Assembly (NCBI GenBank): GCA_965112155.1
Contig: OZ218108.1
Length of the DNA: 64,000 bases
Reading direction: 5' to 3' (one strand)
DNA from: Podarcis liolepis
Taxonomy: Eukaryota
The position numbers were made by a program, and so were the translations under genes. Shown piece after piece: positions 11,896-23,560 of this stretch. The notes beneath the pieces were generated by a model. The model had not been told where the DNA came from. It searched no databases and worked only from the letters and a program-made list of their open reading frames with translations. The stretch's first letter is position 1, and each line of letters starts with the position of its first letter.

Positions 11896-12854
11896 TAATT
11901 AATTCATAGGACAAGGCATGTCAGAAATCATTAAAAGTTTGCAGAAAGTTAACATGTTGCTTGTGCCTTTTACCCCTTCCGCGTACCAGATAGATCTATT
12001 ATGTTCAATGTTGGTGGCTGTCTGTTGCAGGCCCTGAGTGTCCTTTGGAATGAAGGAAAAGAAACCCGCACAAGTTCTTCAGCTACATTTTAAGAAGTTA
12101 CAGATGACACTGTTCATCTTAACACATGATGGACTTGCTGTGTTTTGTCATGATAAGGCACCTGCCTCCTCCTGAATGGCTTTGGGGTGGATTTTTGATA
12201 CCTTTCCAATGGCGTTGTACAGTTTAGTTAGGCTAGATTTTGTGGGCAACCATCAAAACATAGATTCCCAGGTCAAGTGTTGCTAAAACATTCCATAGAA
12301 CTTTCTAATTGAGTTAAAATAGAGGAATCATCTTGGGATAAATTACTGGAGGGGTAATCAAACTACGTAGAAAATTCCTAATATGCAAAATAAAGCTTTC
12401 ACCAAAATTCTGCACAGTAGGGCAAATGTCATTATCTATGTTCTTTCCTCCCATCCTTATATTCCCTTTCTCTCTTTCTCCTTTTTCTTTTTTCTTTTTA
12501 AAAAGAAAAGAACTATAGCCATAAGATAAATAATTTAAACATGTTGGGAAACTCTTTGTGAGATATAAGTGAATTCATTGTGCCCGCCGGGATATTTACC
12601 GGATGAAAAGTGCGACAACGACAGTAGTCTGGTTGTTTGGTACATAATTTAGAGTATTCCTCATGAATATTTCATGGCATTTCATTTGTGTATGAATTGT
12701 AAGACATGTATATCTAGATTCACAAGGGGCACTGTCAAGCTCCTCCAGCTGAAATAAGCATTTTTATTACTTAGGAATACTGTTGAAAGAACAGAAGGCG
12801 CATATTCTGCTTTAAGCATAATAATGATGTCCATTTTGGGAGGTGGCTGCTTAG

Positions 12855-12856
<2 letters not shown>

Positions 12857-12895
<39 letters not shown>

Positions 12896-12898
12896 ACA
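12857..12898. repeat. (CA)n microsatellite
   Basis: Direct reading. Confidence 0.95.
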
Positions 12899-13011
12899 GC
12901 ATGCACACAGATTTGCTTAGTCAGCACAGTCTTCTCAAGATAAAGGGAGATCACTTTTTTTCCTTGGTGTTCTGCAGGGTTTCTGCAATTGCATAGCTCA
13001 TCAGAGACAGT

Positions 13012-13966
13012 CAGGGCCGTCTTTACCCAGGGGGTGCAAGGGGTGAGGGGCACCCGAGCGCCGAATTCTTGGGGGTGCCAGGTGCCCGCCACTGAAGCCT
13101 CCTAAGCTCTTAACTATCTACCTGTTATGAAATAATAAATAATTATGATCAAGCTAGATAAACAAAAGGCCTTTCAACTTTGTGTGCTCATTTACCAAAG
13201 ACGCGCCACTCCAGCGCTTGTCATTCACACAAAAAAGATGCCCTCCCCCCCACCCACAGTGTCGGCACTTCCCCTACCCCTCTTTTTCCTTTTTGGCTGG
13301 ACTCTGTGCGACCTGGAGGTGAACAAACTGAAACCATGAAGCAGGAGCTGCCGGCTTCAGAGATGCCCGCTGGCAACTGACCGCTGGGAGGCCACCAGGG
13401 GACTTGGGCTCTCTGGGATTGCCCCCTTTCTGCCTGGCCCAATGCCCTGCCACTCTCAGCAGACCTGCTTCCAACTTGCCACCTTGCTTCCTGCCGACCT
13501 GCTCGCTGGCTGGCACTCTGAGGGGATGCCCGGATCCGGCTCGCTAGCCTCCCCCTGTCCTCCCAAACACAGTGCCCCTCCTAGCGCCTGACTGCCCCCT
13601 TGAGGTCCACACACCCCTCTCAGGCACCTAGCGGCTCAGATTGCCACGCTGCCACACCGGACCTGCCTGGAGCTCGGCATGGATGGGGCAGCTTGGAGGG
13701 GGGCCCTAGCCGCACTGCTGCTGCTACTGCTGCTGGCCGCCTGCTGGCTGGCGCTGGGTGCTGGAACCTCGCCGTCCCCTCCTGGAGCCGCCCTTCAACA
13801 GGACACTTTTGTTTCTTTTTCCTCCCTTCTTTCATAAACAAGAGATAAGACGTAAGCGTGGTGTCTGACACAAGCATAATGAAAGTTAATTTGGGGGCTA
13901 AACTAAATTTGGGGGCGCTGGGTGAATATTTGTACCCCGGCAGCGTATATGCTAAAGACGGCCCTG
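13012..13966. mobile_element. Non-autonomous hAT transposon (955 bp)
   Basis: Perfect 14-bp TIR CAGGGCCGTCTTTA and perfect 8-bp TSD GAGACAGT (13004-13011, 13967-13974). No transposase ORF. Confidence 0.92.
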
Positions 13967-14115
13967 GAGACAGTGCTAGAAAAGAAATAACTGAGGTGGA
14001 CCTCAGTGTGGTGGAGTCAGCAGTAGTGGGTTCTCAACAACTGCCTGTGGGTGCCAGACCTACCATAGCTTTGAATGAAGGAACCCTGAGAAAGCTAGTT
14101 ATTAACAAAGAATTA

Positions 14116-14284
14116 CCATATTTTTTGCACCATAACACTCACTTTTTTCCTCCTAGAAAGTAAGGGGAAATGTCTGTGCGTGTTATGGAGGAAATGCCTA
14201 TGGGTGGCATGCCTACGGATTTTCCTCCTCTAAAAACTACGTGCGTGTTATGGTCGGGTGCGTGTTATAGAGCGAAAAATACGG
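14116..14284. mobile_element. Tc1/mariner (Tc2/pogo-like) MITE
   Basis: TA flanks, TIR CC(A/G)TATTTTT(T/C)GC, repeated GTGCGTGTTAT. Confidence 0.75.
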
Positions 14285-14390
14285 TATATATTTAATTCTA
14301 AGTCTATACTACCTTCTCTGTAGTGGCACCCACCCTGTGGAACGCCCTCTCATCGGAAAACCCACTCACCAGTCAAGGAGATGAGTAACT

Positions 14391-14649
14391 AGAAGAAGAA
14401 GAAGAAGAAGAGTTTGGATTTGATATCCCGCCTTTCACTCCCTTTAAGGAGTCTCAAAGCGGCTAACATTCTCCTTTCCCTTCCTCCCCCACAACAAACA
14501 CTCTGTGAGGTGAGTGGGGCTGAGAGACTTCAAAGAAGTGTGACTGGCCCAAGGTCACCCAGCAGCTGCATGTGGAGGAGCGGAGACTCGAACCCGGTTC
14601 CCCAGATTACGAGACTACCGCTCTTAACCACTACACCACACTGGCTCTC
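14391..14649 (-). mobile_element. Squam3B-like SINE inserted into an L2 3' fragment (about 14308-14700)
   Basis: Full-length copy with (GAA)n on the + strand. Flanks rejoin to the L2 end 'gtcaaggag..aact|atataaccttcagaaga'. Confidence 0.88.
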
Positions 14650-15131
14650 TATATAACCTTCAGAAGATATTTCAAGACATCCCAGGACAGGGAAGTTTTG
14701 TTTTGTTTTGTTTTGTGAGGGATGGAGGAAATAAAGTAGTTAAATCAACCGTCAAGCTGGTTTACATGTGCACTGAAGATCTGTGCTTTGAGTGCTCCCA
14801 TTTTCTGGAGCACCAAAATGAACAGCATCAAAGTGAGATGAAATGCCTGCTGTTCTCAGTAGTACCCAATGTAGCACATCAGAGGATGGTATGGTAGGGC
14901 AGCCGTGCTTATCTGATCTCCTGACAATTCGCAGCAAGGCAACAGGGAGATTGGCGCATGCAGAGCCAATCTGCAGCTCCTGCTGGTGCGTTTGTACCAT
15001 GCTGATGTACATCCCTTCCCTCTCCTTCCTGATACACAGCAGCGACTCAGCTGCTGGGAGGTCAGGCAAGTGCTGCCACTCCACCGCACCATCTGCCATT
15101 GAGCATGTTCAAGAAACACAACTCAATAATA

Positions 15132-15373
15132 CAGTGGTACCTCGGGTTACATACGCTTCAGGTTACATACACTTCAGGTTACAGACTCCGCTAACCAAGA
15201 AATAGTGCTTTGGGTTTAAAACTTTCCTTCAGGATGAGAACAGAAATCGTGCTCTGGCAGCAGCTGGAGGCCCCATTAGCTAGAGTGGTGCTTCAGGTTA
15301 AGAACAGATTCAGGTTAAGTACGGACCTCCAGAATGAATTAATGAATTAAGTACTTAACCCGAGGTACCACTG
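15132..15373. mobile_element. Tigger-like MITE family A
   Basis: TA TSD and perfect TIR CAGTGGTACCTCGGGTTA. Confidence 0.9.
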
Positions 15374-15384
15374 TAACAATAACA

Positions 15385-15538
15385 ATAATTTATTATTTAT
15401 ACCCTGCCCATCTGGCTGGGCTTCCCCAGCCACTCTGGACAGCTTCCAACAAAATATTAAAATACAGTAATGCATTAAAATACATTAAAATATTAAAATA
15501 CAGTAATGCATTAAATACATTAAAAGCTTCCCTAAACA
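15385..15538 (-). mobile_element. L2 LINE 3' UTR end
   Basis: Reverse complement of 60380-60490, with an internal ~36-bp tandem duplication. Confidence 0.75.
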
Positions 15539-15954
15539 AACTCAAGGATGCCACTGGGTAGATTGATTCTCATTGACTAGTGTTACCATGAAGCATAGCA
15601 GAGGCTTAAACTCTTAATGTTATGGGAGGTCTACATTTACCCCCTTTTAAAAAAAGCAAATACATGTTTGAAACACATGCAAAACATTAATCTGTAATAA
15701 GGAAAGCAATAGTTGCAATAGTTTTCTAGAAAATCAGAACACCTGTGATTTTGAAATAGAATCCAGAGTCCCTCAAATGTATCAAATGCAATGCCTGGTC
15801 TGCCTCTTTTGCAGTAGGTTAGTTTACAGTGGGATTCTACACGTAATCTGCTCGCAACCCCATCTAGGCTAGTGGCCATCACTGCCTCCTGTGGGAGCAA
15901 GGCCCATATTTTAACCTTGTGCTACATGAAGTATGACTTTCTTTTATCTGTCTT

Positions 15955-16415
15955 TAATCATATAATTGGAAGGCAGCCAAGGGTCATCTAGTCCAACCCC
16001 CTGCAATGCAGAAATCTCAGCTAGGGTATCCATGACAGTTGTCCATCCAACATCTGTTTAAAAACCTCCAAGGAAGGAGAGTCCGCCACTTCCCGTGAGG
16101 GTCTGTTCCACTGCCAAACAGTTCTTACTGAGAAATGTTTTTTCTGTATGTTTAGTCGGAATCTTCTTTCTTGTAACTTGAAGCCATTGGTTCGAGTCCT
16201 ACCCTACCGGGGCAGGAGACAACAAGCAGTCTCCCTCCTCCATGAGACAGCCCTTAAGATACTTGAACGTGGCTATCGTATCTCCTCTCACTCTCCAGGC
16301 TGAGTCTCCTTTTCCAGGCGAAACATACCCAGCTCCTTCAAGCGCTCCTCATAAAGCTTATTTTCCAGACACTTGATCACCTTGGTTGCCCTCCTCTGCA
16401 CACGTTCCAAACATT
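15955..16415 (-). mobile_element. CR1 LINE 3' fragment
   Basis: ORF 16288-16485 contains [32 protein letters not shown]1 3' UTR present. Confidence 0.88.
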
Positions 16416-17316
16416 CTGTTTCATTGGATGCCCAAGAATTTATTCTGCTTTTGTACGTCCGTGTGGTTTTGTGAATTTTACCCATGCTATTTTATGTTTT
16501 CACCGGTTTTTAATATGCGGTGTTCCTCTTGGAAGCTTTTTGCATTCAGCCGTCTACAAAATGAACCCTTATGGGATAAAATAAGATAAATATCTGTATT
16601 TGCCACAATCACATTCTTCAGGTATCCCCTTGGAAGGATCAGAAATCCCTCCTGAGGAGATCGGGTTCTAATTTATGCCATCTCTCCTCATCACAATGAA
16701 GTTGGCACCTCAGTACACACTTCACTAAGGGGAGGGGCCAAGCCTTTTTCAAAGGCCCAACTAATCTTAATAGCATCTTTTAAAAGCCTTTAAAAGCCAG
16801 GCAGTCCTTTTTCCCTTACCAAGGCCCTGAGAGAAGACAATGCAGAAGGGATTCTGTCCTCCAGGCTGTTAATAAAGTTACTACTTCTTTAACAGCATTT
16901 TAAAAGACTTTTAAAGGGCAGTCTTTTTTTCCGACATGCTTCAAGTGCAAACCATCTTACAAAGGAGAAAGACTGCTTTAGCTCTTTTAGCAGGTTTTAT
17001 ACGAGGTGGCGAAAAAATATCAACACCATATAAAAGCCTCATTAAAGCATTTCAAAACTCAGATAAGGAAGAGGGAGAAAGAGAGAGCAAAGTAGAACGG
17101 GGTGACTGAGTGATGAAGTAAACAGGTTAAAAAGAAAGAAAAAATATGTGTTTATTGACAGGTGTCAACCTTTGCGGGTTTTTATTTATGTGAATCTGGC
17201 TGTGTTTAGAAGCAAAGGAGGTAGTGCCCTGTTCTATGCAAGACATTCTCCTGCAAAAGTGGCCAAAATTAGGCCCACTTCACCTTGACAAGGCGATTCA
17301 GTTCAAATCCTCACAG

Positions 17317-18142
17317 CAGGGCCATCTTGAAGGACACTGACAAACTGGAACGTGTCCAGAGGAGGGCAACCAAAATGGTCAAAGGCCTGGAAACGATGCC
17401 TTATGAGGAACGGCTAAGGGAGCTGGGCATGTTTAGCCTGGAGAAGAGGAGGTTAAGGGGTGATATGATAGCCATGTTCAAATATATAAAAGGATGTCAC
17501 ATAGAGGAGGGAGAAAGGTTGTTTTCTGCTGCTCCAGACAAGCGGACACGGAGCAATGGATCCAAACTACAAGAAAGAAGATTCCACCTAAACATTAGGA
17601 AGAACTTCCTGACAGTAAGAGCTGTTTGACAGTGGAATTTGCTGCCAAGGAGTGTGGTGGAGTCTCCTACTTTGGAGGTCTTTAAGCAGAGGCTTGACAA
17701 CCATATGTCAGGAGTGCTCTGATGGTGTTTCCTGCTTGGCAGGGGGTTGGACTCGATGGCCCTTGTGGTCTCTTCCAACTCTATGATTCTATGATGATTC
17801 TATGATATGTGCCACCGGGGTGCAAAGATCTGCCCAGTGCCCCTAAATTTAGTTTAGCTGCCCCAAAATTACCATATTTTCCCATGTATTAGACGAGGCT
17901 TTTTGACTCAAAACTTATGTCAAAAAACTGGGGTTGTCCTATACACGGATAGTGGCAAGGAGGGAGGGAAGCTACACACTGCCAGCCATCTTGTTGGTGG
18001 GCTCGTAACTCTCCCCCATGCCGCTACGGGAGAAGAGCATTTCCTGCAGAGAAGCTTTGTGCCTGCCAACCATCTGGCGCCCCCCAGAATTTGGCACCCG
18101 GGTGCCCCGCACCCCTTGTACCCCCGGGTAAGGACGGCCCTA
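17317..18142. mobile_element. hAT non-autonomous element of the 13012-13966 family (inverted), split by a CR1
   Basis: Ends CAGGGCCATCTT and AAGGACGGCCCTA. 17805-17870 matches the reverse complement of 13888-13950. No clear TSD. Confidence 0.75.
17329..17805 (+). mobile_element. Young CR1 LINE 3' fragment with complete 3' end
   Basis: [39 protein letters not shown].. and an (ATTCTATG)n terminal repeat. Confidence 0.92.
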
Positions 18143-19295
18143 GAACTATACAGTTTGTGTGGGTAACTTTGAACCAGAAGCTCTGCCTCAGCCAAACTAC
18201 CTCACAGTGCTGTTGTGAAGATAAGTTGCCTAGAGGCAGTGCTATTTTTCTAGATTCAATGTGAACGCTGGCTGTAAAAAGACCCTGCCTAGAAGGGAAA
18301 CCAACGACATTTAAGCTCCTAGTGGAAATGGCATGATGGCAGAGAAATACATCATTGAAAGGCATTTATGTTATTTTGTCCCAATTCTCCTATTTGTTAA
18401 GGTCCAGTATTTTGTGGGGGAGGTAGTTGATCAGAAGGTTTTTAATCAGCTAATCTAGCCAATTAATAAACTAAATATTGCAGTTGTACTTAAAATATCT
18501 ATTCATATCAGACATTACAATGACACATCTTCCAGAACACAAAGCAAACACACAACTTAATAGGATTACTGAAATTTGGTAAAACATAATAATTGTATGA
18601 GAACACATCACACATGACGCTAAGGAATTCTCCCTATTAAAATGGGTTTGTCTTTCATAGAAACCGACACAGTGATAACTTCGACCTAGGTAGAGAATCG
18701 GTGCTCAAATGAGTGACTGCTTTTTAAAGAATGATAAAAAAACAAGTTCACTGTAGCATTTAAAAAGGGCAGTTGTCTTGTTCATATATACTATTGCAAT
18801 ACCCAATCAGCACCCCCAAAACCACTTCCTTCATATTACTTCACATTCTAGGCCACAAACAAGAAATTTCTTACATGGGAAGAAATTTTTGGGAAGCTGT
18901 TTTTGGATATATTTTAGTTATTTGTCCAGGTTTTGGAATTATTGCTTTCAACTGTAAGTGTGGGGTCTTTGTTTTTTCGTTTCCAGTCACATAAAAGTGT
19001 GCTGAGAAAACTTCATTGACATCATCTCTGTATATAAAACATGTACATCCTTAGTTTTGCTATCAGTAAAAATGTTTGGAAACACAGGCATACATACCAT
19101 ATATACATATTGTAAATACAGTCACTCCTGTTTAGGGTGGGGAGGCATGGTAGCGAGGGCAGCACAGTGCAAATGCATTGATGGGCACACCAGATTGGCT
19201 CTGATCACACATTTGAACCTTGCCACTTCCCTCTGCCCCTCTACCTCTTGCTAAGCAGCAGCAAAACAGGAAGTTTTTTTCTCATCTTTCTGATC

Positions 19296-19470
19296 CATTT
19301 GACAGTGGAACAGACTACCTTGTAAGGTGGTGGGCTGTCCTTCATTGGAGGTTTCTAAACAGGTTGGATGGCCATCTGTCACACATTCCTCGGCTGTGAT
19401 TCCTGCATTGCAGGAGGTTGAACTAGGTGACCCCTTGCATCCATCCCTTCCAACTCTACAATGCTATGAT
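19296..19470 (+). mobile_element. CR1 3' end fragment
   Basis: 'tttgacagtggaacagactacc..ccttcattggagg..cccttccaactctacaatgctatga'. Confidence 0.7.
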
Positions 19471-19601
19471 GCAACCGACTGGTTGTCAGGTGAATACTCC
19501 ACCTTGTGACTCCGTCCACTATTGGCCATAACTATACTTTTGAAGGGGTGGGGGAAGTGTATAAAGCACTTGGAAGATTAAGGCTGCAATCCCATACTTA
19601 C

Positions 19602-20106
19602 TGTCAGGAATGAGCCAGCTCCAAGCAAAGGTTTGCAGCCAAATGCAGAAGCAGCCAGGAACAGGGAGGCTTTGATGTTAGTCAGACAGAGGAGAGCCGG
19701 CAGCTGCAGAATTCGGCTCTTCCTGACCTTGATGGGCAAGCTGATAAGACAGGAGCTGAGAGCAGGCTAGAACATAGCCAAAGCTTGCTGGAAGCTCAAA
19801 TAGGTGTGAATAGACAAGGAAACAGTTCGTCGGAAAAGGAAGAGGTGGGCACTAATCCAATATCTCCGAGGAGTCGGCGAATGGGAGGGCTTCTAGATAG
19901 GAAGCAAAACAAAAGACCCAAGGGGTGTTGTTTCAATATCTTCTGTAGATCCCGGAAGGACTCTTTAGAAGGGTCATCATGAGTAATGATGCCAGAGGCT
20001 TTGTTAGAGCTGTCCGGAGCTCTCTGTTTGTTTTTGCAATAAATCCTCTTTTTTTTAATTATCTAAGCTCACTGTGTTATCAAGCTGGGAACCTGGACTC
20101 CTGACA
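19602..20106 (+). mobile_element. Solo LTR (505 bp)
   Basis: TGTCAGGA...TCCTGACA inverted termini, perfect 5-bp TSD CTTAC, AATAAA at 20038. Confidence 0.85.
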
Positions 20107-20427
20107 CTTACATAGGAGCAGTGGTGGCACCGGGGGGGGGGGGGAATGCTGGAGGAAGTGGGCAGAAAATGTGAATTATGTTTCTAAGTGGGTGAGTTGT
20201 ATCCTACATGCTAAGATCTCTGGAAGAAAAATAACAGTAAAGGTTAAGGTCAGAGTCTAGCAGTGGGGAGGAAGAGGGTGTTTACTCTCCGCTTCTCCCG
20301 CTCTAGTACTGTCCGTGCCTGGGAGTAAATACTATTGTATTGTACTCAATGTGGCTTCTTTTTTCAGTAGACGCATCTAGGCTTGCCCTGTAAAAACCTT
20401 CCAAAGCTTAAACTTGATTCATACTAA

Positions 20428-20602
20428 GGACTCAGCTACACAGCTGCAAATAAAACATTTTAAATGTGTTGCAAAGTGCAATCTACAAATGTGATGCTAG
20501 ATGGAGACAGTGAGCTATGCAAAATTCAATGTATTTTTCAAAAAAATAAAAATTAAAAAAGCACTTTCACAGCATTCTTTAAATATGTGTGTAGATTCCA
20601 CC
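20428..20602. mobile_element. PIF/Harbinger-like MITE
   Basis: TAA flanks on both sides, with ends GGACTCAGCTACAC / GTGTAGATTCCACC. Confidence 0.55.
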
Positions 20603-20626
20603 TAAGACCTTCCAGATTAATGTTCT

Positions 20627-20840
20627 GTCCAGGCAGAGGACCTTCTCAGTAGTGGAACACCCTCCCTTCATATGTCAAGGAGATAAAGAACTATACAACT
20701 TTTATAAGACACCTGAAGGCAGCCCTATATCAGGAAGTTTTTAATGTTTGATGCTTTATTATGTTTTGTATATTCTGTAAGCCTCCCAGAGTGGCTGGAG
20801 AAACCCAGTCAGATGGGCGGGTATAAATAATAATAATAAA
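20627..20840 (+). mobile_element. L2 LINE 3' end
   Basis: Matches 60268-60490 and ends 'gggcgggtataaataataataataaa'. Confidence 0.8.
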
Positions 20841-21639
20841 AAAATTAAAGCCCTCTTGGTCCATGTGACAGTTTTGTTCCTGTGTACATATTTTAAGTAG
20901 GAAAATACCAAGCCTTTAAAAAATACGCTTTGCCTTTTAATTCAAAGCAATGTCTTGGATTTGGGCCTTCACAGTTACTCAGAAGGCCTGTGTCAGTATT
21001 ATGGCATAACATCATGGCATAATCAATGTGACATAACCTGGTCTTTCTCTCTCTCCCTCTTTCTCTCTCTCTACCACCACTCCATATTTTTTTTTTAAGT
21101 ATTACTGCATAGGATCATTAGCCAATCAAACAGGACAGGAATGGATTATCTCAGAGAAAACAGCGCAAACTGTAGGGTTCGGGCGCCCTTTTTACAAGAA
21201 TGTCAAAGGAAGCTGCTAGCCACTTACAAATAGAATGTTAATAGCTTATGTCACTTTAACGCTGACAGCTCAGCAGTGAAAGGGCACTAATCTCTGTTTG
21301 TAATATGCACAACTGAAGAAAAAGAGGAGCCTTAGCCTTGCTGCTTAAGCAAAAGGCTAAGTATTAACTGATTGTCTGAAAATGTAGGGAATGCTTCATA
21401 ACCTGTCTGGGAGTGACAGGAAGAAGACAGAGGAGGAGGAGGAGGAGGAACATGACAAAGAAGGTGAAGAATAAAGAAGAAAAAGAAAGGTTTGGATTCC
21501 CCACTTTCCTTCTTTTCTCCAGTATTGATCAAGGAGATGAAAACAGAAGGCAGCTTTCAAGGCTGATCAATTCAGAATCCCATCCCCTTATATGGAAAAT
21601 CCTAGCGTGTGCCTGCTACAGACTTAGCATACAGATTAG

Positions 21640-21905
21640 AAACTGTATTTATCACCCAGAGACTGGAGGTGCTGGCAGGCACAATGGCATGTGGGGAGAG
21701 GAGGAGGACAGAGCAAATTGTGGAGGCAGAGGCAGAATTCGCCTGGGTGGAGGTGTGTTCTGAAATCCCAGGCTCCCATTACCGAGTAGCAAACAAGGTT
21801 GTCCACCTTCTTGTGAAGTGAGCCAGCCCAAATAGTGCCCTCACCCAGGGCCACCACTTTAAAAAGTCTTGCTTCACCATTCAGGCACCAGCTTCTAACC
21901 TTCAG
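21640..21905 (+). mobile_element. Old L2 3' remnant
   Basis: 'acccagggccaccactttaaaaagtc..cattcaggcaccagcttctaacc' resembles an L2 ORF2 end. Confidence 0.35.
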
Positions 21906-22347
21906 CTGTTCCAGGGTAGAGGATGTTCCAGATGTTGGTGGACTTCAGCTCCCATTATACCCTGTTTTGCCCATGCAGTCTGGAGCTAATGGAAGTTGGA
22001 ATCCCATAACATTTGGAGTGGCACAGGTGCCCATCCCTAATCTAGTTTGTATTCATGCTGCCATGCGGCAGAACTGGCTTTGGGGATCTGTGTCCTTATG
22101 GTCTGCCAGTGCTGACATGAATAATCACCTTAGTAAGGCACAGCCATTGTGAAATGTTGGGTGTTTTTCAGGGCAGAAGCAAGATGAATGTCAATCACAG
22201 TTGATCAGACACTGTGGGAGGGTTGCAGGTTGACCATGACTGTTTGTCCTTGACTATATGCACACAGTGCACACAGTCCTGATTGGCACCACTTTGTTTT
22301 AGATGCAGAGTGGAGTACCTCCGATCAGCACCTGACATAGATTAGGG

Positions 22348-23158
22348 CAGTAGTTTTCAATCAGTGTTCCATGGCACCCTGGGGTGTCTTGATTGATGGT
22401 CAGGGGTGCCGGGGGCAACACTGGCCTCTGTTCCTCTTTTCTTCCCTCCCTCCTCTGACGCCTTCTCACGTCTCTACCTCCCAAAGGCTTGCATGGCTGT
22501 TTGTTGCAGCAGCCCTGGCTAGAAGCTTCCCAGCCAAATGGCGCCTCTGGGGCTGGCCAGGGGTTGCTGGTTGCCAGGAGCTGGGGTGGCATAAGCAAGC
22601 AAGCAGGCAAGGGAGCCCAGCCAGCCAGTCTGCCAGCCCTTGCTGTTGGAAATGGACAGACAAGTGGGAGGCTGGGCAGGCAGGCACTGCTTTGGCCTTT
22701 CTTGTGCTTGCTGCATACAAGGCCTGCCTGGGAGCTGAGTGCCCAGTGCTGAAGGGAAGCCTTTCTGGCATGCAAGGCCAGCAGCACCCGATGCTGCCTC
22801 CCAATGTAAGGTGCTGGCCTCACATTCACCTTTGGCCAGTGTCTGTGTCTCTGTTGGGCCACTAAGGCTGAGGGATTCCTCTTCCCAGGCCTCTGTGGGA
22901 CAATGTGAGAAGGCACCTCTCTTTGGGGTAGCTCAGAGACCAGGGTGGCAGTAGTGGCTGCCCAGAGGACTCCCAAGGAAAAGTGAGAGGAGGCTGAGCG
23001 AACCCTCCACAAGGAAGGGTGTTCAAAACAGGGTGAGAAGCTGCCAGCCTCGGCAAGCAAGGGGTGACATAACTGGGCTCCTGAGCCCCACAGCGATGCC
23101 GCAGAAAGAATGTAGTTGGTCAAGGGACTTGTAGAGTCAAAAAGGTTGAAAACCTCTG
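22348..23158. mobile_element. Non-autonomous hAT (Charlie/Buster-type) element, 811 bp
   Basis: Ends CAGTAGTTTTCAA / TTGAAAACCTCTG, TSD GATTAGGG/GAGTAGGG with central TA. The right terminus recurs at about 23604-23679. Confidence 0.8.
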
Positions 23159-23334
23159 GAGTAGGGGATGTGGCTTGCTAATGGAGGTGTCCATTACAAG
23201 TGTGGAGATAGCTGCCTGCTACCAGCTTTCCCACCACCATGAGCAAAGTGCTGGCAGCTACCAGTGGAAGGAGAGCACTTCTGCTGACAACAATGACTTC
23301 TAAACCGACACAGCCACAGAAATATCAGATGCGA

Positions 23335-23560
23335 AGAACATCAAAACGGCCCTGTTAGATCAGGTCAGTGGTCCGTCTAGTCCAGCATCCTGTTCTCGTG
23401 ATGGCCAACCTGATGTCTATGGGAAGCCAGCCAACGGGACCTGAGTGCAATGGCATCCTTCCCACTTGTCATCCACAGCCACTGGTATGTGGAGCTATAT
23501 TGTCTCCAGGAACGGAGATAGAACATATCCATCATAGCTGATACCCACTGATAGCCTTAC
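23335..23560 (-). mobile_element. CR1-type 3' end fragment
   Basis: Matches 59530-59750 ('aagaacat..tagtccagcatcctgttctc..gatagcc'). Confidence 0.7.

Noticed and set aside
14414-14656. Recurrent ORF 'MDLISRLSLPLRSLKAANILL..' at 2154, 14414, 40045 and 54092, resembling a gene family
   Set aside because: It is the antisense reading of the Squam3B-like SINE copies
21413-21763. Arg/Lys/Glu-rich ORF
   Set aside because: Produced by (GGA)/(GAA) low-complexity sequence plus an old repeat, with no splice or domain support
22299-23123. 274-aa minus-strand ORF and overlapping ORFs
   Set aside because: They lie in the GC-rich interior of a non-autonomous hAT, have no transposase or other domain, and several frames are open because of composition
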